The translations under genes and the position numbers were made by a program. This document shows positions 22,197 through 32,062 of a DNA stretch of 32,558 bases, piece after piece; position 1 is the stretch's first letter; every line of letters begins with the position of its first letter. Under the pieces are notes generated by a model. That model saw only the letters and a program-made list of their open reading frames with translations. It had not been told where the DNA came from and did not search any database. This stretch comes from a virus. The stretch lies in the IMG/VR virus record IMGVR_UViG_3300045988_015320, positions 1 to 32,558 of that record; one strand, given 5' to 3'.

Positions 22197-25100
22197 TTAT
22201 TTTAACGGTCCGATTGTCGTCCATCTATAACCCACTTTAGTTTCTTTTACATTATGTAACTGTTCGATATTTCTATAAATATCATTAAATAACAATAATA
22301 AATTGTAATTTGGCCCTCCTGGAGAAAATTGAAGCCACGTCCCATGTCCATATCTAACTAAAAATGGTGTGTAATAATTTTTTGAATTCCCAGTGTCTGA
22401 GTGACCTACCACTACGCTAAACGCATGGTCTCCACGCATATAGATACCGACACCACCACCAGAGTCACCACCCATCGCTCCCCAAACGTCATTCCCTGGA
22501 CCTCTGAACGCTATCCCATTAGGGTCCCATGTTGTCTTCCAACTTGTTGGGCTACTCTGCATTCGAATTTGTCCTTTATTCAAGTCAAAGGTTGCGTTCC
22601 CGTTCAAGCCTGATAACACCCCACCCTTAATGTGGTTAGCTGTAAAATCAATTGACTGAATTCTAGTAATCGTCGCTTGTTTCGCAAACAACTCATCAAT
22701 AAATGCTTGTTGTGATACTAACCTCTGAATGAACGCTGTATCAAACTTAACCTTCTCAGCTGTGACCGCTTCAGCTCCTAATATCGTAGTAGTAACTGAA
22801 CCAGCTTCAAAATTGGCAGTCTTGAGTTTATCAATCATGGCCGATTTAATGACCGCATTATCAATCAGCGTGTCTCCAGTAATGTGGGTAGCCTTCCCAA
22901 TAATACGGTTATTACCATTTGCTCCTAAATTGATACCGTTGATTATGTCTCCAGCATTGTTCAAATTTTGGATAGCGTATGATCCAGCAAGCTGTGTGAC
23001 TTGTGTCCGTGTTGCTTCCGCTGTCCTTTTTGCTTCTTCAGCCTTTTCAGCAACTTCAATCGCTTTTGTTTGAGCGTTTTCTGCTAAGTCTTTAGCCTCG
23101 TTTGATTTTTTATAAGCATCGTCAAATTGACTTGGTTTGTACGGTCCAGTCTTTGAACCACGAACCAGTATAGGCTCTTTAAACTCAACCCAGCCATTTT
23201 TAGCTAAAAAGATATAAAATGGATAGTTGTAATCTTCTCCGAAAGCAAAATCTTCTTGAACTGTGAAAGTCTTCTGGAACTCTTGCCATTCGTCAAGCGG
23301 TGGTCTATTCTCACCAATATTAGCCCATGTAAGAGTTTTATTTAGACCGTGGTTTTTGACGTTAAAAGCAAAAGACACATCTGGATACTCTCTAATACGA
23401 TACTTAAACCCGAGTGTGTAAGTTTCATCTTTATATATTTTTTTGACATAAATAGGAAGACTAAACCCTGACCAGTTATACCCAGTAAGTCCTTGTGCCT
23501 TGATTGTGAAAATGCCATCTGCGACAGATACGCTCGCTTTTGGATTTTTATTACCGACAAGCGTATTGGTTTCCATAGTCATTGAATTAACAATCAGATT
23601 GTTGTCATCTGTGACGTACTTTCCGACTTCTGTCTGGAATACTTGATTGCTCATGACCATGCGGGAAACGTTGTTTGACACGTCGCTTTCAGCACCACCC
23701 AAAATACGCTCATAAAGTTGGCTCGTTTCCTTAACCTTTTGAAAATCTGTTTGATTGGCCTTGCCAGCAATTTGACTAGATAGATTTGTGAATTGACCGT
23801 CAACTGTTTGTTTATACTCTGCTAACTTAGACTTATTATCTAGCGTGATAGCTTCAAGTCGTTGACGTGTCCCTTCCGCATCTTCTACATAGGTTCTTTT
23901 CGAAACGTAGTCACTAGCCAGAACTTCCCTGATTTCTGTCAGTTTATTCTCAGCTTCTTCTCGTGAATAACGCTTCAGCTCATCTGATAACTTCTCACGT
24001 TCTTTCTGTGTAGAAGTTTTAAATGCGTTCAAATCCCTGGCATTTTCAGCAGCTATTTTTTTCGCTTCTAAAACAAGGTCAGCATTTGCCCCAACTTTTC
24101 TCAGTGCTTCTTCTGCCTTTGTTTTAGCTTCTTCAAATCCTTCTGGGCTGAAATCGTGAAACTTTCTGTTGATTTCATCAGATAGAGCACGCTTGTTTTC
24201 TTCTGATTTAGCTTTGATGGCGTTCACTTCATCCGTAAATTGATTAGTCAACTCTTCTTTTTTTCGGTCAAAAGCAAGGTCAGCGTTTTTAAGCTCTCTT
24301 GCTAGTTGTCGTTCAAAGTTGCTTTGAAAATGCTGATTTTCACTTTTAAAGGCATCACTAACTACATTACCAATTGCACTTGCTAGACCTGATTGAAACT
24401 GACCAAAACCGATAGACTTCAATTTCTTAGCCATTGGTGAGTAGGTGTATTTAGTAATTTTCTTTCGAACATCTAGTCCATAAAATTCATGATAAACTCC
24501 CACGACATCAAACATCTGCACAGGTACATCACTGTGACCGATAACATCAATCTCGATGCTATCTTCGAGCATATCGCACAAGGTTGTTCTGAAATACTGC
24601 TTACCATATTCTCTAAGGCTTGCTTCATCCTTGACATCTTGGTCGTTGACTTCTACAACATCTTCATAAATCTGACTGTATTTGTTAATCAGTGGACTAT
24701 CCACTACAACCTTGTAGTGTTTATCTACTGGATTTTCTCCTTCACCACGGACGGTTGTTATGAACGTGATGCGAGTTTTTAAAGACTTAGTTGATGTCTT
24801 ATGCTCATAGCTAGACAAGTTTTTCTTATACATAAAAAGCGATTCATTTTCTGAACCGCCATTTTTTAACAACCGTACTTGATAACCATGTCTGACTAAA
24901 TCACCACCCCATTGACCAAGAATGGAGTGTTTATCTTTGCTCAAGACTTCCATAGCGTTTTTAGTATCAGTATTTAAGGTGTGCCTATCTTCGATATCCG
25001 AAAAAAACGAGAAAGGATTCTCACGAGTGATACTTCCAGCGAATTGACTTAATGCAGTTGAACCAGTCGTTCTATCAAGATTGATTGGATTAACAACATA

Positions 25101-25355
25101 GTGGTTTAACAAGGTCATGACTTGATTGGCATAAACTTGAATATATCCATGCTTTTTCTCGACTTCAAAAATTACAAAGTCTTGCTCACCGTGTAAATCA
25201 TCAGCAATCAAGAATGCTTCTTCTCTAAGTCTTTGCCATAGGATGTTATTTGTAGGAAATTTAAAGGTTAATTGGTAGGTGCTATTTGCTTCCTGTGTGA
25301 TGTTATCATCGTATGCTGCATTAAGAGGGATATTCCCTTCTGTTAAATAAATCAT
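22197..25355 (-). CDS. Tail-associated lysin/tip protein (Tal, prophage endopeptidase-tail family) with long C-terminal extension
   Basis: 1052 aa from the ATG at 25355 (ATGA overlap with the Dit stop, GGAGGT upstream). The N-terminal ~340 aa are Tal-like. These are followed by a coiled coil, a beta-rich CBM-like block and a C-terminal fibre-type domain. Confidence 0.7.
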   Translation of the reverse strand: MIYLTEGNIPLNAAYDDNITQEANSTYQLTFKFPTNNILWQRLREEAFLIADDLHGEQDFVIFEVEKKHGYIQVYANQVMTLLNHYVVNPINLDRTTGSTALSQFAGSITRENPFSFFSDIEDRHTLNTDTKNAMEVLSKDKHSILGQWGGDLVRHGYQVRLLKNGGSENESLFMYKKNLSSYEHKTSTKSLKTRITFITTVRGEGENPVDKHYKVVVDSPLINKYSQIYEDVVEVNDQDVKDEASLREYGKQYFRTTLCDMLEDSIEIDVIGHSDVPVQMFDVVGVYHEFYGLDVRKKITKYTYSPMAKKLKSIGFGQFQSGLASAIGNVVSDAFKSENQHFQSNFERQLARELKNADLAFDRKKEELTNQFTDEVNAIKAKSEENKRALSDEINRKFHDFSPEGFEEAKTKAEEALRKVGANADLVLEAKKIAAENARDLNAFKTSTQKEREKLSDELKRYSREEAENKLTEIREVLASDYVSKRTYVEDAEGTRQRLEAITLDNKSKLAEYKQTVDGQFTNLSSQIAGKANQTDFQKVKETSQLYERILGGAESDVSNNVSRMVMSNQVFQTEVGKYVTDDNNLIVNSMTMETNTLVGNKNPKASVSVADGIFTIKAQGLTGYNWSGFSLPIYVKKIYKDETYTLGFKYRIREYPDVSFAFNVKNHGLNKTLTWANIGENRPPLDEWQEFQKTFTVQEDFAFGEDYNYPFYIFLAKNGWVEFKEPILVRGSKTGPYKPSQFDDAYKKSNEAKDLAENAQTKAIEVAEKAEEAKRTAEATRTQVTQLAGSYAIQNLNNAGDIINGINLGANGNNRIIGKATHITGDTLIDNAVIKSAMIDKLKTANFEAGSVTTTILGAEAVTAEKVKFDTAFIQRLVSQQAFIDELFAKQATITRIQSIDFTANHIKGGVLSGLNGNATFDLNKGQIRMQSSPTSWKTTWDPNGIAFRGPGNDVWGAMGGDSGGGVGIYMRGDHAFSVVVGHSDTGNSKNYYTPFLVRYGHGTWLQFSPGGPNYNLLLLFNDIYRNIEQLHNVKETKVGYRWTTIGPLK

Positions 25356-26050
25356 ACTAGATACCTCCAATTCGGACGAATAGTCACCTTACGTACATCG
25401 CCTGTATAGGTCACACCGTTAAGACCAACAGGGATTTCAAAGAATCCACCTCGTTTTCTGAGAGTGTTCTGAATTGCACCAGTAGCATTGTAGATGTTCT
25501 GTTTGCCCTGTCTACAATCGATTGTAACTTTAGTATTTATAGTCAAATGCATGGTTTTTCTGCCAATAGTAAGCGACACATCTCCATTTCCTTCAATCTC
25601 AATGATAGGCTCTGAATAGACCGTACCGATATTTTCAATCGTTCCAGCGCTTGTTAATACGACTGGTGCGACATTCTTCGGATATCTGAACGGTTGCATA
25701 TCTAACTTAATGGATAGTTCCCAACCGTGATGTCCACTTGGTTTATAACTAGCTGATAAGAAGTTAGCGTAAAAGACAGAACCTAATTGATAACTAAATT
25801 CCATAACATTATTATCTGGTTGAAATTTCTGCACCACAGTGGATATATCCACTTGTTTAGAAATATAAAACTTAAATGTACGCTCGTAGCTTTCATATGA
25901 ACCATCTAATACACGATAGTTACCATTCACACCATAAAGCTTAGTTACATCTCCTTTTGGTTTTGCAACTTCCACATCACCAAAATCTGTTACAACACAT
26001 CCAGAGAGGGTAGATGTATTAAAATCATTAATAATCATATAATCCATCAA
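25352..26050 (-). CDS. Distal tail protein (Dit)
   Basis: 232 aa. It sits between the tape measure and Tal and has a Sipho_tail-like sequence character. Confidence 0.7.
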   Translation of the reverse strand: MMDYMIINDFNTSTLSGCVVTDFGDVEVAKPKGDVTKLYGVNGNYRVLDGSYESYERTFKFYISKQVDISTVVQKFQPDNNVMEFSYQLGSVFYANFLSASYKPSGHHGWELSIKLDMQPFRYPKNVAPVVLTSAGTIENIGTVYSEPIIEIEGNGDVSLTIGRKTMHLTINTKVTIDCRQGKQNIYNATGAIQNTLRKRGGFFEIPVGLNGVTYTGDVRKVTIRPNWRYLV

Positions 26051-28458
26051 ATTCCCTCCCTTGCAAAGAATGCGCCTTGTCTTTGATAGCTATTCCATGA
26101 AATCTTCTCACCGTCCAGATAAGTATCTGTTGGTTTTTCAAGAATAGCAGTAAGGATATTTTCCATACTTGTTCTTAGGTTAGCAATCTCAGAAGCCATT
26201 GCACTTTCTCGTGTTTCTAATTGTGCTGATGATACATCTAAAGTTGTTTGTAAGTTTCTTGTAACTGCAGATGATGTATCAAGGTCTAAATTATCCCCTG
26301 AAAAGACATCAGTGATTTCTCCAGCAACACCATTGACTGTTTTCTTGACATCTTTGAATCGGTCTCTCAACCCACTATCTAAACCTTGCATGATTGCATT
26401 ACCAGCGGGGATAAGCAACTTACGGTCATACTCAATCGGACCTTTGTGGTTACGAATCCAGCTTGCAATCCCACCTACAAAATTAGTTACAGAAGACCAC
26501 ATAGACCGCAAACCGTTCAAGAAACCTTGTAAGATTGCTTGACCTGCTCCGAATAAGTCAATGTTCCACAATTGGTCAAAGAATCCCGTCACATTACTTA
26601 CAAGACTAGATACAGCATTTGACATGCTATCCCACGATGATTGTGCTCCTGAGACAAGATTGTCAATAATACTTAACACACTAGATTTTAAAGATTCCCA
26701 CGCAGAACTTGCAACACTTTTAATAGTTTCCCAAATATTAGATAATATCTGAGCAAATCCATCAAAGATAGCTTGGCCTGCAGCGGACAATCCATTCCAG
26801 ATTGATTCTCCAACACCTTTTATAGTTTCCCAAGCTCCGCTCCAGTCACCATTAATAACTTGCATCACGGCTTTTATAATGCCACCAATAACGTCCATAG
26901 CTGTCTGAATAGCTATCTTAATCAATTCCCAAACAGTCGTAACAACTGTACAAATATTGTTCCATGTTGTCTCGATAAAAGGAGCAAGGATATTCATTGC
27001 TGTTTCAATAATGGATTGGATGATAGGCATAACAGTTTGAATTACCGTCTGGATAGTGTTCCATACAGTTTCAAAAGTTTGTTGAATCAACCCTTGATTT
27101 TCAGACCACCATGTTGAAATACCATTCCAAATAGTTTGGATAACTGAAGCTACTTCTTGAACAATTGGGGTTACAAACTCAACTAAAGCATTCCATGCAG
27201 TTGTTGCAGCTGAAACTATATTGTTCCATACTTCAATAAGAACTGGTAGCAATTCATTCCATGCTGATGATAGCCAAGACATAAAATCTTGCCAAATCTG
27301 TTTACCTGTTTCTGTTTGAGTGAAGAAATATACTAGACCTGCAACTAAAGCACCAATAGCAGTAATTACAATGCCTATTGGATTGGCGCTAAGAAGTGCA
27401 AAGAAGCCCGTTACCGCAGTTTTAACTGTTGTAATAATACCTGGTAGTCCAGACAGTAGTCCAGATACTACTGAAAATACTTTAAAACCTGCAAATGCAC
27501 CTGCCAGTGTTGTTAATATTCCTGTTAGAGCACTTCCAATACCCTCTCCAAACATACTTGTAAATACACCTTTTAATGTCCCTAAAAGTAGTTTAGGAAG
27601 TTGTTTTAAGATATTTCCGATCATTGGAGCTAGGTTATTTACAAGGAAAGTTTTTGTTGATTCCAGTAAAGCATCAAGAGCTGGTTGGATATCCTCTCCC
27701 AAAGCTAACTTTCCGAGTACATTCTGTGCAGCTGCTTTCATTGCTTGGAATGAACCTGTGAAAGTAGATGCTGCTTCTTTTGCTGTTGTTCCTGTAATAT
27801 CCAAATTCTCTTGGATAGCGTGGATTGCTTGATAAACATCTGACAAGTTGTTAATGTCATACTTAACACCAGTCAGCTTTTCCGCATCTGCCAACAAGCG
27901 TTGCATTTCTTGTTTTGTACCACCATAACCAAGTTTGAGGTTATCTAACATAGTATAGTTTTGTTTAGCAAATCCTTGATAAGCAACCTGAATGCTATCC
28001 ATAGATGTACCCATTTTGTTAGCATTATCAGACATATCAATCATGGCCATATTGGCGATATCTGCTGCTTTATCAGTATCTCCACCTAATGATTGTAATA
28101 AACTTGCTGAAAAGCCTGTCACATTCTCCATATAAGCATTTGCTGAAAGTCCAGTGGTTTTGTATGCCTCATTAGCAAAACCCTTTACTTTTTCTGCCGA
28201 TGCTTTAAATAAGGTGTCAATTCCTCCAAGAGATTGTTGGAGTGCTGCACCTTCACTTAACGCTGCTCCAATTGCTTTACCAATTCCTGCAGCTGCAATA
28301 GCGCCTTTTAGGGCACCGATTAAATTTGAGCCGAGAGATTTCCCAGAGCTTACTCCAGCCGAGGCTACCTCTCCACCCATTTCTTTCTGAATCATCCCAG
28401 TGATGCCTCTAGCTGAAGGGATGATTTGCACATATGCTTTTCCTAATTCTGTCGCCAT
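26047..28458 (-). CDS. Tail tape measure protein
   Basis: 803 aa. Gly/Ala-rich hydrophobic central segment and an 11-residue Trp lattice. It follows the frameshifted chaperones. Confidence 0.85.
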   Translation of the reverse strand: MATELGKAYVQIIPSARGITGMIQKEMGGEVASAGVSSGKSLGSNLIGALKGAIAAAGIGKAIGAALSEGAALQQSLGGIDTLFKASAEKVKGFANEAYKTTGLSANAYMENVTGFSASLLQSLGGDTDKAADIANMAMIDMSDNANKMGTSMDSIQVAYQGFAKQNYTMLDNLKLGYGGTKQEMQRLLADAEKLTGVKYDINNLSDVYQAIHAIQENLDITGTTAKEAASTFTGSFQAMKAAAQNVLGKLALGEDIQPALDALLESTKTFLVNNLAPMIGNILKQLPKLLLGTLKGVFTSMFGEGIGSALTGILTTLAGAFAGFKVFSVVSGLLSGLPGIITTVKTAVTGFFALLSANPIGIVITAIGALVAGLVYFFTQTETGKQIWQDFMSWLSSAWNELLPVLIEVWNNIVSAATTAWNALVEFVTPIVQEVASVIQTIWNGISTWWSENQGLIQQTFETVWNTIQTVIQTVMPIIQSIIETAMNILAPFIETTWNNICTVVTTVWELIKIAIQTAMDVIGGIIKAVMQVINGDWSGAWETIKGVGESIWNGLSAAGQAIFDGFAQILSNIWETIKSVASSAWESLKSSVLSIIDNLVSGAQSSWDSMSNAVSSLVSNVTGFFDQLWNIDLFGAGQAILQGFLNGLRSMWSSVTNFVGGIASWIRNHKGPIEYDRKLLIPAGNAIMQGLDSGLRDRFKDVKKTVNGVAGEITDVFSGDNLDLDTSSAVTRNLQTTLDVSSAQLETRESAMASEIANLRTSMENILTAILEKPTDTYLDGEKISWNSYQRQGAFFAREGI

Positions 28459-28841
28459 TAGTCATCACCTCCTAAACTGGCTAAACGTTCTTTGTAACAT
28501 CTTTCAAATTCCTCGCCAGATTGGAAAACTAGATAGTCTCTATCTTCTTCTTTTTCTTCCTTATGGATGAATTGACTTGCTATTGATTTTGGTTGATTGA
28601 TACCTTTCTGACCATCTTTGGTTTGCAACCAGAGGGAAAGTGATAACTTGTCAACCATCAAGGACAATAACAAGGTGTCTAGTGAAACTATTTGGTCAGA
28701 CATTAATTTCTTAATTCTTGAATCATCTCTTAGACCATACGAAAAAACAGCTACCTTTGATAGAGGTAGCTGCTTATAATCGTATATATTATAAGTTTCA
28801 GCTAAATCACAGATTAGAGCATCTTCATCTAGCTTTATCAT
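28458..28841 (-). CDS. Tail assembly chaperone, frameshift-extended part (T)
   Basis: 127-aa ORF in the -1 frame relative to the upstream chaperone. It is reached through the A AAA AAA slip site. Confidence 0.7.
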   Translation of the reverse strand: MIKLDEDALICDLAETYNIYDYKQLPLSKVAVFSYGLRDDSRIKKLMSDQIVSLDTLLLSLMVDKLSLSLWLQTKDGQKGINQPKSIASQFIHKEEKEEDRDYLVFQSGEEFERCYKERLASLGGDD

Positions 28842-28852
28842 CTGCGCAAGGA

Positions 28853-29128
28853 TTAGGATTTTTTTACTTCTTGAACAGTTTCAAAAACTGCTTTCAATTC
28901 GTCTGCAATTTTTTCATTTGGGATGATACCATCTTCTTCACGCAGATGATCTTTAAATGCTTTGGCTTGTTCTTCTCCGAAAAGAAGTTTTAAGACTTTA
29001 GGAAAGGCTTGTCCATTCCCTTCATCAACTTCACCAATTAATTCCAGAAGTTCGTAGTTATTCAACCTACGTTCTGAAATTTCAAACTTAAATCCTGATG
29101 GAGTTTTCCCTTTAATTGTTTTCGACAT
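28853..29128 (-). CDS. Tail assembly chaperone (G)
   Basis: 91 aa, between the major tail protein and the tape measure. It ends one codon after the slippery site. Confidence 0.7.
   Translation of the reverse strand: MSKTIKGKTPSGFKFEISERRLNNYELLELIGEVDEGNGQAFPKVLKLLFGEEQAKAFKDHLREEDGIIPNEKIADELKAVFETVQEVKKS
28858..28864 (-). promoter_or_regulatory. Programmed -1 ribosomal frameshift slippery heptamer A_AAA_AAA
   Basis: Minus strand is GTA AAA AAA TCC TAA. A -1 slip reads ...K K I L I L A Q M I K L D..., in frame with the 28458-28841 ORF. Confidence 0.7.
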
Positions 29129-29131
29129 ATA

Positions 29132-29695
29132 TTATGCTCCTTGCATGTATTCGTAGTGAGTGTTACCTTGTTCATCTGGCAATGCTGTGATTGTCAATTC
29201 ATAACCAATTGGTTCACCGTCTTTATATCCGATTTCTCCAATCTCGCTCACTTTACCACGAGGGATAACAATACGTTTAACTGATCCATTCTTCAACATC
29301 ATATCAATTACAAGGCTATGCTCTGGCAATTCATTTGCATTTGCCTTAACTGTGATACCTGTTGCAAGTGTTCCTGTTACATTGTCTACACCATAAACTT
29401 CTTTCAAGACTTCAACATTCAAACTTTCAATCAACTTAAATTTGAATGTATCTTTCTTATCAGTTTGTGATGATAGTACTGTTTGACCACCCCATGCTTT
29501 GACTTCTTCGCTTTCTGGAGAGTTTTCATTTGTCAATCCATCTTCAGAGATGTACCCCAAAGTCTTAAAAGCTTCATTAAGTGCAGTCTTAGCATCTTGT
29601 GGTAATGCTGTTTTAAGTGGTGCACTTGATACTGCTCCACTAATATTCGGTTTTGCTGCTGTTACGTTTGCTGATGTTGCTGCTGTTGTAACCAT
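29132..29695 (-). CDS. Major tail protein
   Basis: 187 aa from MVTTAATSANV at 29695 (RBS GAGGAG). The track start at 29836 overlaps the upstream gene. Confidence 0.75.
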   Translation of the reverse strand: MVTTAATSANVTAAKPNISGAVSSAPLKTALPQDAKTALNEAFKTLGYISEDGLTNENSPESEEVKAWGGQTVLSSQTDKKDTFKFKLIESLNVEVLKEVYGVDNVTGTLATGITVKANANELPEHSLVIDMMLKNGSVKRIVIPRGKVSEIGEIGYKDGEPIGYELTITALPDEQGNTHYEYMQGA

Positions 29696-29744
29696 TTGTT
29701 TTTTCTCCTCTTCCTTCTGTTTCTGAACCCATGAGTTCCTCCTG

Positions 29745-30080
29745 TTAAAAATAATTAATATCGTACACTGCTTGATAACGATATTTTTTTGTTTCTGTAT
29801 CCGTGAAGTTGTAATCACTGTTATGATGTACTCCACTCACTTCATTGACCGTTACAAGCTTTTCAATTGTCTTTTTGACAATTTCATTCAGCTCTGCAGC
29901 CTTTTGAAGTGATGGCGCATAACTTTGAAAAGCGAATGTGGCAGAGTGTGTGTAGTCACTACCACCGCTACCAGTCTTTTCAATGATTACAAAACTTTCT
30001 GGCATATCTTTTTTATGCTCAAAAAAAGACGGAACATTTAAGTTCACGTCTAAAAATTTCTTTATGACAAGTTCAATCAT
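29745..30080 (-). CDS. Tail terminator / tail-completion protein
   Basis: 111 aa. Called from its position directly upstream of the major tail protein. Confidence 0.4.
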   Translation of the reverse strand: MIELVIKKFLDVNLNVPSFFEHKKDMPESFVIIEKTGSGGSDYTHSATFAFQSYAPSLQKAAELNEIVKKTIEKLVTVNEVSGVHHNSDYNFTDTETKKYRYQAVYDINYF

Positions 30081-30322
30081 TTTAGTGCCTTTAGTAAAAT
30101 ATTATGTTTAGCATTCTTCTTCATGCTTTTTATGTCGGTTGTACTTATCGTAGCATTAGCACGTTTTTGACCAGGGGATACTTTTAATTCAAAACCATCT
30201 CCTGCACGTTCTGCCACTGCTTGACCTTTTTCTGTTAATAGACCCTGTATTTCTCCAGAACGTAAAAGCGCTGAAACACCCGATGGATTTAAAGTGAATT
30301 TCATCTTACTCATAAGTTTCAA
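30077..30322 (-). CDS. Neck / head-tail joining protein
   Basis: 81 aa. Called from position only. Confidence 0.35.
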   Translation of the reverse strand: MKLMSKMKFTLNPSGVSALLRSGEIQGLLTEKGQAVAERAGDGFELKVSPGQKRANATISTTDIKSMKKNAKHNILLKALK

Positions 30323-30653
30323 CCATCACTTTCTTATTCCAATCAAGTGGTATCATAGCTTCGATACCCTCTAAAGGAATACCAATTGTACGCCATTTAC
30401 GACCAAAGAATATAACTGTTTTTTCTTTCCAGTCGTGCTGGTCTCCTTTTGGAATGCCTAAAGTATATTCAGCTTTTTTTCCTGTTAAGTTCACTTGTGT
30501 GGTCACATCATCTGTTGATGATGGTGCTACTAGTACATTTTCCACTTGGATTTCAGTTTCACGATAGATAGGATGACCAAAGTCATCCTTTCCATCTTCA
30601 ATTGTATCCAATAATGTTATTGTAATTCCTTTAATCCGTCCCATAAATATCAA
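30306..30653 (-). CDS. Head closure / head-tail adaptor protein
   Basis: 115 aa. Called from position in the connector cluster. Confidence 0.4.
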   Translation of the reverse strand: MIFMGRIKGITITLLDTIEDGKDDFGHPIYRETEIQVENVLVAPSSTDDVTTQVNLTGKKAEYTLGIPKGDQHDWKEKTVIFFGRKWRTIGIPLEGIEAMIPLDWNKKVMVETYE

Positions 30654-31026
30654 TCACCCCATATCTTTGTTTTTTAAGACCGAGACGCTTTAATTCTGAG
30701 TCTTTAATAAATAGACCACCTCCAGGGACTAGATAAGACCCACTTACTGAATAGCCTAATGCGCTTTCAGTGAATTGAGTCATCGGCTCCTGATTAGTAG
30801 AAGTCATTAAAGTACGAGCGACAACATCGACTGTAACAGATTTTACAACACTGGCATAAGATGAATCTTCAGAAACTAAAATGTCTAAATCTTTGCCAAT
30901 TTTTCTAGCTTCGACACGTAGGTTATTTGATACAACTTCCAACAGTGCTTCAGCTCGTTTACGTTCATCGAATTTTAACGTTCGCCACAAGACTTCCAAT
31001 TCTTCGACTGTTGCAAAGTTCTTCAT
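30631..31026 (-). CDS. Head-tail connector (gp6-like)
   Basis: 131 aa. N-terminus is ATVEELEVLWRTL...RAEALLEVVS. First connector gene after the capsid. Confidence 0.5.
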   Translation of the reverse strand: MKNFATVEELEVLWRTLKFDERKRAEALLEVVSNNLRVEARKIGKDLDILVSEDSSYASVVKSVTVDVVARTLMTSTNQEPMTQFTESALGYSVSGSYLVPGGGLFIKDSELKRLGLKKQRYGVIDIYGTD

Positions 31027-31028
31027 TC

Positions 31029-31142
31029 TTATTCCTCTTTAGCTTTAGCTTTTTTCTTTTCTACGACAAGTTCCCAATCTCCTGAAACTTCGCATTCGGT
31101 TGAGATGATTACACCTGTCTTTTTATCTTGGTATAATGCCAT
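31029..31142 (-). CDS. Possible 37-aa protein (not in ORF track)
   Basis: MALYQDKKTGVIISTECEVSGDWELVVEKKKAKAKEE. It fills the gap between the capsid and connector genes. The RBS is weak. Confidence 0.35.
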   Translation of the reverse strand: MALYQDKKTGVIISTECEVSGDWELVVEKKKAKAKEE

Positions 31143-31149
31143 CCAATAC

Positions 31150-32046
31150 CTACGCTTTCACACGAGCAAAGGCATCGGCATCAAGGATACCCCAACCAAT
31201 GAACGCTTCAGCACGTAGTAAGATTTCATTGTAAGCTTTCAAGTCACGACCTGCACCGTCTGGATCCCCGTATTCGATAATTTCCATAGGAATGTTTTCA
31301 GCATATCCCCATTTGAAGCGATTTTGGAAGTCACCCACGATAGCGTGGTCAGTTTCTCCATCGCTACCTACTGTGGTAAGAGTTTTATTGATATCTGATT
31401 TCATACCGTAGAATGAATCTGGGTTTTGACCAAAACGGAACTCTGGATATTGTGCTACACCATTTACTTTAATCTTAGCAAGTGCTTGTCCTGCTGCTGG
31501 TGAAAGGGCAAGTCCTGTAACTTCTCCACCTTTAGCTACGATTGTTTGAACAGCTGTTTCAATGTTTTCTTCAACCTTATCTTCTGCATAAGTAACTACA
31601 CTTCCAGTGACCACACCATCAAATGAGTTAGTTTCCTTAAATGAAGCATTTGTAAGACCTTTTGGTTCAAGCCCGTGGATAGCTGCAATGTCAAAGGCTT
31701 CTGCAATTTTCTTAGCGAATCCATCTGCGAATTGTGAAAGGTATTCAATTTGTTTAGCTTCTGAAGCATACTTAAATTCATCAGTAATACGTGCTTGATA
31801 GACGAATTTAAGAGGTTTAATTACCTTAGATGTAAGAACTGCTTTTCCAGCTCCTTTTTGTTCGCCTTCACCTACGATTTGTGCATTACCTTCTAGGTTG
31901 AAGATGAATTGTTCTACTCCATTAAATGGAATTGGTGTTTGGTTTGAAAGTTTAGCAAGAACAGAGCGCCCTTGTACTTTTGAAATAAGTTCTCTTACGA
32001 GTTCGGGTTTGAAAAGTGTTGATTGTTTAAGTGAATTATCTGCCAT
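31150..32046 (-). CDS. Major capsid protein (HK97 fold)
   Basis: 298 aa. It follows the scaffold gene and has capsid-like sequence character. RBS is AAAGGAGAA. Confidence 0.8.
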   Translation of the reverse strand: MADNSLKQSTLFKPELVRELISKVQGRSVLAKLSNQTPIPFNGVEQFIFNLEGNAQIVGEGEQKGAGKAVLTSKVIKPLKFVYQARITDEFKYASEAKQIEYLSQFADGFAKKIAEAFDIAAIHGLEPKGLTNASFKETNSFDGVVTGSVVTYAEDKVEENIETAVQTIVAKGGEVTGLALSPAAGQALAKIKVNGVAQYPEFRFGQNPDSFYGMKSDINKTLTTVGSDGETDHAIVGDFQNRFKWGYAENIPMEIIEYGDPDGAGRDLKAYNEILLRAEAFIGWGILDADAFARVKA

Positions 32047-32062
32047 TTTTATTATTCTCCTT

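Noticed and set aside
27320-27832. 170-aa plus-strand ORF, and other plus-strand ORFs, inside the tape measure, Tal, terL and portal genes (e.g. 580-1200, 2820-3086, 21560-21985, 22729-23073, 26312-27117, 28154-28390)
   Set aside because: All are embedded antisense in long, motif-supported minus-strand genes. They have no RBS and biased composition. They are treated as shadow ORFs.
29696-29744. ATG with an ideal AGGAGG RBS opening a 29-aa ORF, out of frame, just upstream of and overlapping the major tail protein start
   Set aside because: The ORF terminates after 29 codons inside the major tail gene, with no slippery site that would join the frames (A AAA ACA is not canonical). The tail protein has its own GAGGAG RBS. 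It is probably a fortuitous ORF or a minor translational-coupling element.
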